Below the pieces are notes generated by a model. That model saw only the letters and a program-made list of their open reading frames with translations. It was not told the origin of the DNA and did no database searches. A stretch of DNA of 62,933 bases, from the IMG/VR virus record IMGVR_UViG_3300014913_001316, one strand, 5' to 3'. A program made the translations under genes and the position numbers. The DNA is from a virus. Below are positions 54,712 to 62,796 of this stretch, piece by piece (the stretch's first letter is position 1; the number at the start of each line of letters is the position of its first letter).

Positions 54712-55320
54712 TTAATCTGAGTTTGTTTTAAAAGCACAATCAAAAACATGTTTACCAAGTTGAGGATAAACGCAATTACGTAGAATTTGACGTTTATTTT
54801 TTATTTCATACTTTGATAAATCAAAACCATGCTTATTTTGCAATTCAGGTATCTGAATAATTCTAATATTGTCATTATCAAACTTTTTATCAATAATTTC
54901 AAAATTAGCCCAAAACATGTGACGTTGTAAGACTATTCCGTCAATTAATGGCTTATAATAAGGTTTAACATTTTCAACAACCCAATAACATTCTGCATGA
55001 TATTTTAAAAACAATATCTCTTGCCAAAGAGACATATCTGGATAAACTGGTTTTGTTCCACCATACCTTACACAAATATTTTTTCGAAAACTACTATGGC
55101 TTTGACAAGGTGGACTGCTCCATATAAAATCCCAACCATCATCATAATGTTCAAGGAGATATTGATGGGCGTCACCGATTACAACAGTGTCATCAGGAAA
55201 AAAATCCTGATAAATTTTAGCTATCTTCGGATTTATTTCAACTGCTGTAACATCCACATCTGCCCATAGTTTACGGTTACCACCAATACCCGCATACAAA
55301 TTTAGAACATTTTTTTTCAT
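54712..55320 (-). CDS. C5-cytosine DNA methyltransferase (short phage type)
   Basis: Motif I LNLYAGIGG, motif IV WSSPPCQSHS, motif VI VVENV, motif VIII RH.FWAN. Confidence 0.85.
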   Translation of the reverse strand: MKKNVLNLYAGIGGNRKLWADVDVTAVEINPKIAKIYQDFFPDDTVVIGDAHQYLLEHYDDGWDFIWSSPPCQSHSSFRKNICVRYGGTKPVYPDMSLWQEILFLKYHAECYWVVENVKPYYKPLIDGIVLQRHMFWANFEIIDKKFDNDNIRIIQIPELQNKHGFDLSKYEIKNKRQILRNCVYPQLGKHVFDCAFKTNSD

Positions 55321-55335
55321 AATTACTCCTTTAGT

Positions 55336-55659
55336 TTATCCAATGAGTTTATCCAATAATTTTTTTTTCAACTCTTCATCCTCAACTATTTTCGCAACTA
55401 TTGCATCAATAAGTACAGATAAAGGTATGTCAACTTCAAGGGATAATTGTGCAATTAGGTCATACTTGCTTGTAACTATTGCATCGATGCATACTCCAAA
55501 GTCATTATCGAAATATACTTCATTTATTTGGAGTTCTGCCCTTGGTCTAACAGGGTCGTATTCTTCAATGAATTTAGTATCATAGTCTTCTTTTGCCTCT
55601 TTTCTGCCTTCTGATTCATATTTTTTAAATTTCTTCATGTATACTTCAAATAATGTCAT
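55336..55659 (-). CDS. Hypothetical protein
   Basis: 107 aa, ATGA coupling. Confidence 0.6.
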   Translation of the reverse strand: MTLFEVYMKKFKKYESEGRKEAKEDYDTKFIEEYDPVRPRAELQINEVYFDNDFGVCIDAIVTSKYDLIAQLSLEVDIPLSVLIDAIVAKIVEDEELKKKLLDKLIG

Positions 55660-56267
55660 TTTACTACTTCCTCAAGGTATTGTTTTATTGTTTTTCCTTC
55701 TTTTTCTGCTTTTTCTTTTAAACACTCATAGGTTTCCATAGTGAGAGCCAGGTATTTTTCTGTTTTTGAAGTTGACGGGAATGTTATAGAGATTCCTGCA
55801 TCACGGAACATGTGTGTAAAAATCCGTTTAAGAGTTGGTGGGAGATGTTTTGGTAGTTTTTTTTTCACCCATTTCCCGAAATCAACAGAGTCTATGTAGA
55901 ATAGTTTTGAGTTTAAATATGGTGAGAAAGGGGTTTTTTTATTTTTTGACTGTATAATCTTGTATTGTACTTGGTTTTCTATTATGAGTTTTTTTAACCT
56001 TTTTGACAAAAAAGCCGTGTTGGAATACCCTAAGTCTTCTGCTAGTTCTGTCATCGTTGCTACTTTTCTTTTTTTTATTGCGTCTATGATTTCTTTATCT
56101 GTTTTGAAACGTGGCATTGTGTATACTGATTTAACGCCTTGTTTTTTACACCAATCCAATACCGTTGTTATCGGTATGTTGAATTTCTCAGAAACAGATT
56201 TGTAAGAGTATCCTTTTTTTACCTCTTCCACTACTTTTTGTTTAAACTCTGGAGAATAACTCTTCAT
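55656..56267 (-). CDS. Multi-domain transcription regulator (HTH, wHTH, C-terminal RHH-like)
   Basis: YSPEFKQKVV...VSEKFNIPITTV; ATMTELAEDLG; LALTMETYECLKEKAEKEGKTIKQYL. Confidence 0.7.
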   Translation of the reverse strand: MKSYSPEFKQKVVEEVKKGYSYKSVSEKFNIPITTVLDWCKKQGVKSVYTMPRFKTDKEIIDAIKKRKVATMTELAEDLGYSNTAFLSKRLKKLIIENQVQYKIIQSKNKKTPFSPYLNSKLFYIDSVDFGKWVKKKLPKHLPPTLKRIFTHMFRDAGISITFPSTSKTEKYLALTMETYECLKEKAEKEGKTIKQYLEEVVK

Positions 56268-56358
56268 TATTTTTGTAATATTAATCTTACTATTTAAAAG
56301 TTGCTCTTTTCGAAAGTTTTTTATGTGAAAAACTGATTATGGTAAAACTGGTGATGTT

Positions 56359-56640
56359 TTGCAAATCTTGGAAGAAGATATTGAATGTCTTAAAAAAATT
56401 GTGAAAGAGACCCACAATAGTCTATCTGAGCTAGTTGTAACTATTCTAGAACGAGAAAACGAAAATGTGAAAGACCCGAATTATCCTGTTTTCATAGCAG
56501 AAAAACTTGTGAATCTTTTCATGCTTTATCTGCTGGGAGCAGTTTATGAAGGTAATGCACGATATGCATTTCAGGTTATTCTTGTTGATGAGATTAGTAG
56601 ATTAGCGAGTTTTGATAAAAAAGTTAAAGTTGGTGGGTAG
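56359..56640 (+). CDS. Hypothetical helical protein
   Basis: GGTGA SD, TTG start. Confidence 0.55.
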   Translation: MQILEEDIECLKKIVKETHNSLSELVVTILERENENVKDPNYPVFIAEKLVNLFMLYLLGAVYEGNARYAFQVILVDEISRLASFDKKVKVGG

Positions 56641-56641
56641 T

Positions 56642-56782
56642 TTGAAATGTCCTAGATGTGGTAGCACTGCGGTGTATGTGGCTTCAAATTCTGACTGTAA
56701 ATATCATACATATTTGTGTGAACATTGTAACTATGTTTGGGATAATCGTTGCACTGAGCTTTATAAAAACAAAAAAAGGTGA
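56642..56782 (+). CDS. 46-aa TFS-type zinc ribbon (not in ORF track)
   Basis: MKCPRCGSTAVYVASNSDCKYHTYLCEHCNYVWDN... Confidence 0.6.
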   Translation: MKCPRCGSTAVYVASNSDCKYHTYLCEHCNYVWDNRCTELYKNKKR

Positions 56783-57057
56783 TAAACTTGAATACGATTA
56801 AGTTTAGTCATTATTATAGAAAATTTAATGGTTTGAGGATAGATAAAATGAACACAGACAAGATAAGGAAAGAATTTGATAAGATTAATACTGATGATTT
56901 TTGTGCTTGGCTACTACATTATCATATAGACTTGTTTAAAAAATTACATAGAGAGTACCTCAGAGATGCTTGTTTACCTCCTGATGAAAGAAAAGAGTTT
57001 AAAGTTGATTTCGACATGATTAAAAAAGAGTTAAATAAAATTAAGGATGTGATATAA
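56779..57057 (+). CDS. Hypothetical protein
   Basis: Coupled ORF. Confidence 0.55.
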   Translation: MINLNTIKFSHYYRKFNGLRIDKMNTDKIRKEFDKINTDDFCAWLLHYHIDLFKKLHREYLRDACLPPDERKEFKVDFDMIKKELNKIKDVI

Positions 57058-57058
57058 A

Positions 57059-57247
57059 ATGAAGTTTAAATTAGAGAATTTTAGAACTAAATTTGATAAA
57101 TGTCCTATTTGTGGATGTGATTCACTTTATATAGATAGTGCCTTACTCACATTTGATGGGTGTTTACATATTGACTGGTTACAATGTAATAATCCTGACT
57201 GTCATGCTAAATTTGAGTTTCGCAGTGGATGGTTAATACTGAAATAA
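57059..57247 (+). CDS. Zinc-ribbon protein
   Basis: CPICG...CNNPDC. Confidence 0.65.
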   Translation: MKFKLENFRTKFDKCPICGCDSLYIDSALLTFDGCLHIDWLQCNNPDCHAKFEFRSGWLILK

Positions 57248-57364
57248 AAGCAGGATAGGATGAAACATGAAATGTTTATGATTTTGCACCTGCTTTCGTT
57301 TTTTGTTTCATCCCCTGAAACCAACAAAAAAAGGTGAAATTGGAAAGATTAAAGGAGGTATATT

Positions 57365-58003
57365 ATGAAAGAAAGTATTAAAACACCAGTAGAAATTATG
57401 AATCCTGAATTAGAAGAATTGCCTGTGTCTGTGAGAAACGAGTTGAAGGATATTTTCAGAAATTATGCTATATCTGGTAACTGTAGAGCTTGTAAGTTTT
57501 TTATTCGTGTTAAACGGAGTTATCGTAATATTATGAATCAGGTTGGTTTCTGTAGACTAGGAAGGTTAGAGGGCGATTATTCTCTTTATTACTCATGGAG
57601 TGGAGATAAGACCTGTCGTGGTTTTGTCGAGGATAACTATAACAAAGAAACTTATCTTGTTGAATGTTTTCTTCATATGAAACATAATAAGTTTAAAACT
57701 GCTCTCTGGGATAAACGTACAAAAATGTACAAGATTCTAAAGAAACATTTCCTTGACAATTCAGATATTCTTAATATTCTTGGTTCTAATGATGCATGGG
57801 TTGCTTATGCTATTAATCAAGAGTTTAGGAAAGCTCTTTATGAGTTGTTTATAGAGTTGCATAAGAAGGAGTTTGATTGGCTTTGGAATCGTAGGATGCT
57901 TTCTGAGAAAGATTATCATCAGTTTTTGAATAAGATTCAGACTGAGTTGGATAAGGTTGTTTGCACTAATGGTGTTAGTGAGGTTGTAGGGGTGTTTGAA
58001 TAA
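57365..58003 (+). CDS. Hypothetical protein with Cys-rich N-terminal domain
   Basis: CRACKFF...FCRLG...TCRGF; AGGAGGT SD. Confidence 0.65.
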   Translation: MKESIKTPVEIMNPELEELPVSVRNELKDIFRNYAISGNCRACKFFIRVKRSYRNIMNQVGFCRLGRLEGDYSLYYSWSGDKTCRGFVEDNYNKETYLVECFLHMKHNKFKTALWDKRTKMYKILKKHFLDNSDILNILGSNDAWVAYAINQEFRKALYELFIELHKKEFDWLWNRRMLSEKDYHQFLNKIQTELDKVVCTNGVSEVVGVFE

Positions 58004-58202
58004 AATGATGTTTAGGCGTTGTAGGATTTGTGGTAAATTAATAACAGAATATTCTCTCATAACTGGAATTGGTTATCCCATGAAACTTTTGGACTTTGTT
58101 ATAAAATGCCCAAAATGTGGTTACAAATACAACATTAGAAGACATAATGGTTGCCCTATATGTGGTTTTGGAAAAAGAAAACGCATGTGGAGATGGGGAT
58201 AA
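57996..58202 (+). CDS. Zinc-finger protein
   Basis: CRICG, CPKCG, CPICG. Confidence 0.65.
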   Translation: MNKMMFRRCRICGKLITEYSLITGIGYPMKLLDFVIKCPKCGYKYNIRRHNGCPICGFGKRKRMWRWG

Positions 58203-58203
58203 A

Positions 58204-58617
58204 ATGACTTTTGAACCTTTGAAAAACAAAATTAAATCATATCCTAGATGGATAGAAAAACAAATAGAAGAAAAAAATCTTATTAAATTTGAAAAAATAA
58301 ACCTCGATAATCCCCCGTTGTTAAAAGAAACCGTTTATATAACAGAGATGAAACTAAAAACTAATTGTTTGTTTTATCATCATGATGGAATGTGTTTGTA
58401 TACTGGGAAGGATTTTGATTGTGAAAACTGCGAGTTTTATGCATTAAACCCAGCTGTGGTTAAACAAAAAATTGAGGGATTAAAGAAAGAAATTCTTAAT
58501 GATATGAATGATGAGAATGATATTGCTGATTTGAGTATGTACAAGATAATAGAGAATGATATTAGAAAAGATATTCTTAAGATTATTAACAAATGGTTTG
58601 AGGATGTGATAGAATGA
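58204..58617 (+). CDS. Hypothetical protein with Cys cluster
   Basis: Start MTFEP at 58204; C...C...CENCEFY. Confidence 0.6.
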   Translation: MTFEPLKNKIKSYPRWIEKQIEEKNLIKFEKINLDNPPLLKETVYITEMKLKTNCLFYHHDGMCLYTGKDFDCENCEFYALNPAVVKQKIEGLKKEILNDMNDENDIADLSMYKIIENDIRKDILKIINKWFEDVIE

Positions 58618-58681
58618 AAATAATCGATGTATCTGATTATAAAACAAAGCCTAAAAGAATTAAAAAGAAGGTGAAACAAGG

Positions 58682-59251
58682 TTGAAGATATATATGGTGC
58701 AATGTAGTTTGAGTTATTATGAATTACAAACAGCTATGGAAAGTGGAGAGTGCATTGAATTTGAAAGAATGAAAAATGATTCCGTAAATTCAAGAGCATG
58801 TTTTCTTAGGTCAGGTGGAATTACATTTTGCTATGGATTTTCCTGTAAATATAGATGCAGGAGACCATTCGAGTTTGATGTTATGAAAATTCCATTTAGG
58901 CTAAGTTTTTCAGAAAACGAAAAGGAATATATCAAAAAACATGATTACGATTTCCTCCTTGATAACAGATGGATTGATGAACATAGTTTTTATCCTTCTG
59001 ATATTTGCGTAGGATACTACCATATCGGGAGAGAGTACAAACCATCTGCGTTACCTTTTAAACATCCCAATGAGATTGAAGATGGTGATATTCTCATATT
59101 TTTTGATTATGATGAATGGGAGAATGAAAAAGGAGAGTTTGAGACAAATAGATTTGTAGAGTTTGATAAGTCGATACATGGAATGTCAACTCTGTTGCTG
59201 CATGCTGTTGTTGTGAAAAATCCAAAAAACATTAGGAAACAAAATATATGA
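58682..59251 (+). CDS. Hypothetical protein
   Basis: 189 aa, GGTGA SD. Confidence 0.6.
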   Translation: MKIYMVQCSLSYYELQTAMESGECIEFERMKNDSVNSRACFLRSGGITFCYGFSCKYRCRRPFEFDVMKIPFRLSFSENEKEYIKKHDYDFLLDNRWIDEHSFYPSDICVGYYHIGREYKPSALPFKHPNEIEDGDILIFFDYDEWENEKGEFETNRFVEFDKSIHGMSTLLLHAVVVKNPKNIRKQNI

Positions 59252-59385
59252 AAAATATTAGTTTTGATGAATTCCGTGAATTGTGGAAAGAGTTTAAAAG
59301 GATGTGATAAAGTGAATCGTGATGAAAGTTTGTGTTTGAAATGCTATTCAAAGTCGCTTGTTTATAAAAAATTGGAGGATAATAG

Positions 59386-59682
59386 ATGATAGTTGGTTTA
59401 GACTGGGATGGTATATCTCTTGAGGATGCAAAGAGACGACAGGAGAAAATTGAACAGGCTGAGAATGTTCAAACTATTCTTTTTGAGACGAAACATGGTT
59501 TCCATCTGGAACTTATATATCCTACTCCTGTGTCTGTGGAGGAGGGTTTTAAAATTCGAGAAAAATATGATGACTGCAAGACACGTATGGTGATTGGGAG
59601 AAAACGGTTTAACGTAACTGGTACTGGTCACGATATTTTGTTTACTATGAAGAATGGTTTTATTAGAAAACGGGTGTGGTAG
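59386..59682 (+). CDS. Minimal AEP/primase-like domain protein
   Basis: GLDWD (DxD), ETKHGFHL (motif II-like), DDCKTR. Confidence 0.5.
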   Translation: MIVGLDWDGISLEDAKRRQEKIEQAENVQTILFETKHGFHLELIYPTPVSVEEGFKIREKYDDCKTRMVIGRKRFNVTGTGHDILFTMKNGFIRKRVW

Positions 59683-59686
59683 TTAA

Positions 59687-60262
59687 ATGATTGAAATATA
59701 TTTTGATGGAGCTTGCGAGCCGACTAACCCTAAAGGAATTGCTACATATGGATTTGTGATTTACAAAAATGGAAAAAAGATAAAACAAGATAAAGGGTTG
59801 GCATGTGAACCTTTTAGCGGTAAATCTTCAAACAATGTTGCTGAGTATACTGGTCTTATAAAAGCACTTGAATTTGTAAAGAATAAAAAATTAGCGAATA
59901 AAGTAATTGTTAAAGGTGATAGTCAATTAGCGATTAGGCAGATGCAAGGTATTTACTCTGTTAGAGCTACTAGAATTATCCCCTTATATGATAAAGCTAA
60001 AAAGCTGACTAAGGGTTTGAATGTAAAGTTTGAATGGATACCTCGAGAGAAAAACGAGGATGCAGATTATCTAAGCCATAAGGCATATGAAGAATATATC
60101 GACAAGCACCCTGAGGCAAGGAAAATAGTAGAAAGATACTGTGCAACAGAAAGACAGAAAGAATTTATGAGCAAACTAAAAATAAAATACGATAGATATA
60201 TATCAAAAAGAGAAGCATCACGGTTGATAAACAGAAAAATAACGCAAAAAAGGGTGTGGTAG
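59687..60262 (+). CDS. rnhA: Ribonuclease HI with C-terminal extension
   Basis: YFDGAC, NNVAEY.GL, GDSQL, WIPREKNEDAD (DEDD set); C-terminal ATERQ...SKREASRLI. Confidence 0.9.
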   Translation: MIEIYFDGACEPTNPKGIATYGFVIYKNGKKIKQDKGLACEPFSGKSSNNVAEYTGLIKALEFVKNKKLANKVIVKGDSQLAIRQMQGIYSVRATRIIPLYDKAKKLTKGLNVKFEWIPREKNEDADYLSHKAYEEYIDKHPEARKIVERYCATERQKEFMSKLKIKYDRYISKREASRLINRKITQKRVW

Positions 60263-60403
60263 TGTTGAAAAAAATTTTTTTGCCTCCCTCATCGGATTGT
60301 AAATACCGAAAGGGAAGTAAATGTGGTAAAACAGGGAAAACCATCCCGTTGGATGTGAGAGATGAAGAAGTTAAATGTTGGAATAGACTATGGTGTGGTT
60401 TTT

Positions 60404-61159
60404 ATGAAAAAAAAGTATGAGAGTTTTGAAGACTGGAAGGAATACTATGAACGTAAAGATGTACAGTACAAGATTAGTTTTCACACACGGTATCGTGAAG
60501 TGATTTTTATCAAACATTTAAAAGATAAAAAAATAGTAATACGCCCTATAAAAATTTTTAAACCACATCATTTCAAATACTGGTATAACCGTCTTGGTCT
60601 TGATAAACTTTTTTTCGACATGTATATTTCTAATGCCTCTGTTAAACTCCCGCTTCTTACTTCTAAACTGGATGAAATGAAAAACTATAGAGAGTATCTT
60701 GATAAACACTGGGAAGAACTACTCACGGGTTATGATTTCTTTGTAGATATTGATGCTGATGAAAAAGATGAACAGAAAGCTATCAACTGGGCTAAAATAA
60801 TTAGGGAAGACCTCCTGTCTGATGGGTATGGTAAAACAACTCCTGTAACTATTTGGACTACAGGCTCTGGCGGTGTACATGTTGTGTTAAAAGGTAGGTT
60901 TAACCCGTTTTTTGTAAAAGAAAAAGTAATGAACATCTGCTGTAAACATAGTATCCCTATGAGTAACCCTGTTAAAATAGTAAATGAAAAAAAGTTTATA
61001 CCTGTTGAAGGAGAATGGAAACCGTTAGAACCAGGTGAAAAAATACCAGCACCTGTTAAACCCTATGTAGATGTCTCAGTCTATGACATCCGTAGAATTA
61101 GAAGAGTGCCATATTGTTTACATAGTAAAACTGGTAAACCCATGCTACCTGTTTTCTAA
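60404..61159 (+). CDS. priS: Archaeo-eukaryotic primase catalytic subunit (PriS-like)
   Basis: FFVDIDAD, TTGSGGVHV, VDVSVYDIRRIRRVPYCLHSKTG; likely start 60404 (track 60362). Confidence 0.85.
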   Translation: MKKKYESFEDWKEYYERKDVQYKISFHTRYREVIFIKHLKDKKIVIRPIKIFKPHHFKYWYNRLGLDKLFFDMYISNASVKLPLLTSKLDEMKNYREYLDKHWEELLTGYDFFVDIDADEKDEQKAINWAKIIREDLLSDGYGKTTPVTIWTTGSGGVHVVLKGRFNPFFVKEKVMNICCKHSIPMSNPVKIVNEKKFIPVEGEWKPLEPGEKIPAPVKPYVDVSVYDIRRIRRVPYCLHSKTGKPMLPVF

Positions 61160-61548
61160 TAACGGATAATAGTAGGAATGCTCTCGCTAAGATATTTTTC
61201 ATCTTCCTCTGTTAAATCATATTTCCCAGCTTCTATCCGTGGTAGCTTTTCTGTTCTAAACAACTCCGTATTTTTAACTGGGAAAAACTCTGCATAGTCA
61301 ACGCTTTCAACACCGAATTTAATGAAATCCTGCAAGGGGTCTTTTTTAATCTTCTCATATCCTTCTTTATTTGTATCTATTATAAGGTTTTCAAAGCCTT
61401 TCCTACCATACCAAGTATGGACTGTAACGAACCCATGCAAGAGATATCTCTCATTGAGAGATAAATCATCAAAAACATCTTTTGGAATGACACACCCCTC
61501 TGCTGTGAATTTGCCACCGATTTTTTTACATTTTTCTTTTAAATCCAT
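61156..61548 (-). CDS. Hypothetical protein, Cys-x3-GG...Cys family
   Basis: KCKKIGGKFTAEGCVIP. Confidence 0.6.
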   Translation of the reverse strand: MDLKEKCKKIGGKFTAEGCVIPKDVFDDLSLNERYLLHGFVTVHTWYGRKGFENLIIDTNKEGYEKIKKDPLQDFIKFGVESVDYAEFFPVKNTELFRTEKLPRIEAGKYDLTEEDEKYLSESIPTIIRY

Positions 61549-61595
61549 CCTTCAATTAATAAGAGTATGCCTATAAAAAAATTGTGGAAGAAAAA

Positions 61596-61607
61596 CCCAA
61601 AAAACCC
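61596..61607. promoter_or_regulatory. CCC-N6-CCC motif in a divergent intergenic region
   Basis: cccaaaaaaccc. Confidence 0.45.
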
Positions 61608-61703
61608 ATTTTCTCACATTTTTTACCATAAATGACTAACACTCTATTAAATATTTCCGAAAAAATATTTAAAGTTATAGTGATAAATATATTACTGATA
61701 AAT

Positions 61704-61859
61704 ATGGGAGCTATAGATTGTATAAAAAGAGGAAGTAAATTAGGAGCAGGTGCTGCAGCTGGTATGGTTGTAGGAGAAATCATAGGTGGACCAATAGGCG
61801 GTATAGCTGGCACGGCTTGTGGGATGATAATAACCGACCAACTGACTAAAAACGACTAA
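61704..61859 (+). CDS. 51-aa glycine-zipper peptide
   Basis: MGAIDCIKRGSKLGAGAAAGMVVGEIIGGPIGGIAGTACG...; TATA about 25 nt upstream. Confidence 0.7.
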   Translation: MGAIDCIKRGSKLGAGAAAGMVVGEIIGGPIGGIAGTACGMIITDQLTKND

Positions 61860-61880
61860 CCTGCTCCTCTCTTTTTTCTT

Positions 61881-62192
61881 TTAGTCTGATTGTTTAGGTA
61901 GAGGGTTTTCTCTCCATGGCGGGGTGTAATACTCGTCTAAATGTCTTACTTCTCTATAAAACTTTACAGTACCTACTCCTTTTTTACTCAATACATATTT
62001 TTTATGGTCATCCTCCATCACAGGGTCTATCATACTCCAACTCAACAAGTTACGCAATGCTGTAATAATATCCTTCATAGGTATACCTGTCCATTCCTGG
62101 AGTTCCTTAGCCCCCACTGGTCTTTGAGCCTCTTCAAGTACACAGAGGACAGCATATCTATTTATTTTTGCTCTAGTTATTTTTTTACTCAC
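61881..62192 (-). CDS. Winged-helix transcription regulator
   Basis: PVGAKELQEWTGIPMKDIITALRNL...YVLSKKG. Confidence 0.7.
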   Translation of the reverse strand: MSKKITRAKINRYAVLCVLEEAQRPVGAKELQEWTGIPMKDIITALRNLLSWSMIDPVMEDDHKKYVLSKKGVGTVKFYREVRHLDEYYTPPWRENPLPKQSD

Positions 62193-62557
62193 TTTAACTC
62201 CTCCAACAATCTATCAAATTTTTCTAAAGGCTTTTCATGAAAAACAGCTTCAACACTCACAATTTTATTCCCCATGTGGACATGAGGTCTACAAACCTGA
62301 GAACACTCACCATCTAAAGTCTCGCAACAATAATCCAGATACAATTCTTTGAAATCGTCTACTTTAGAACGTATTGTTGTTTCTATAGTGTTTCTCTTTT
62401 TGTTATACAACACTGCTGATAAAAAATATGCTACAGGCGGTCTAACTTTTACTCTGGGATGGTAAAAATCAATCATACATACTTCTGGTGTCTCTCTGCT
62501 ATCCCATATCTTGTATCCATGAAAAGCTATTTTGTCTTCTACTGCTGAACAATCCAT
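62189..62557 (-). CDS. Hypothetical protein
   Basis: 122 aa, CCETLDGECSQVCRPHVH. Confidence 0.6.
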   Translation of the reverse strand: MDCSAVEDKIAFHGYKIWDSRETPEVCMIDFYHPRVKVRPPVAYFLSAVLYNKKRNTIETTIRSKVDDFKELYLDYCCETLDGECSQVCRPHVHMGNKIVSVEAVFHEKPLEKFDRLLEELK

Positions 62558-62609
62558 CCATTAAATGTAATGTTGTTGCTTTACTAAATATTTTTTGTTA
62601 AATTGGTTT

Positions 62610-62744
62610 CTAAAAAATATATATATAGCAATATACAGAAAGATATACAAAATATACAAAAATATATATGTATGGGTAGTACAAAAATATATATGTATGG
62701 ATAGTGTAAAATATACATTCCGTACGGAAAGTGGGTTTTGTGGG
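62610..62744. repeat. AT-rich region with 25-bp tandem repeat, 12-bp palindrome and GGG-N6-GGG (candidate origin or control region)
   Basis: tacaaaaatatatatgtatgg(g/a)tag at 62655 and 62680; ttccgtacggaa at 62718-29; GGG at 62733-35 and 62742-44. Confidence 0.6.
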
Positions 62745-62796
62745 TATTCAGGGACTTTAGAGTTTGAGGAAAAATTGTAAAAAAAATAAGGTTTTT

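Noticed and set aside
55656-56267. IS3-family transposase (N-terminus YSPEFK...)
   Set aside because: No DDE/integrase domain, frameshifted orfB or terminal inverted repeats; it continues into wHTH and RHH-like segments like a regulator.
59660-60265. Identical C-termini RKRVW/QKRVW in two adjacent genes as a shared sorting motif
   Set aside because: The DNA gggtgtggtag contains the GGTG Shine-Dalgarno for the next gene, which suffices to explain the convergence.
62610-62710. CRISPR array
   Set aside because: Only two adjacent 25-bp units with no unique spacers and no cas genes.
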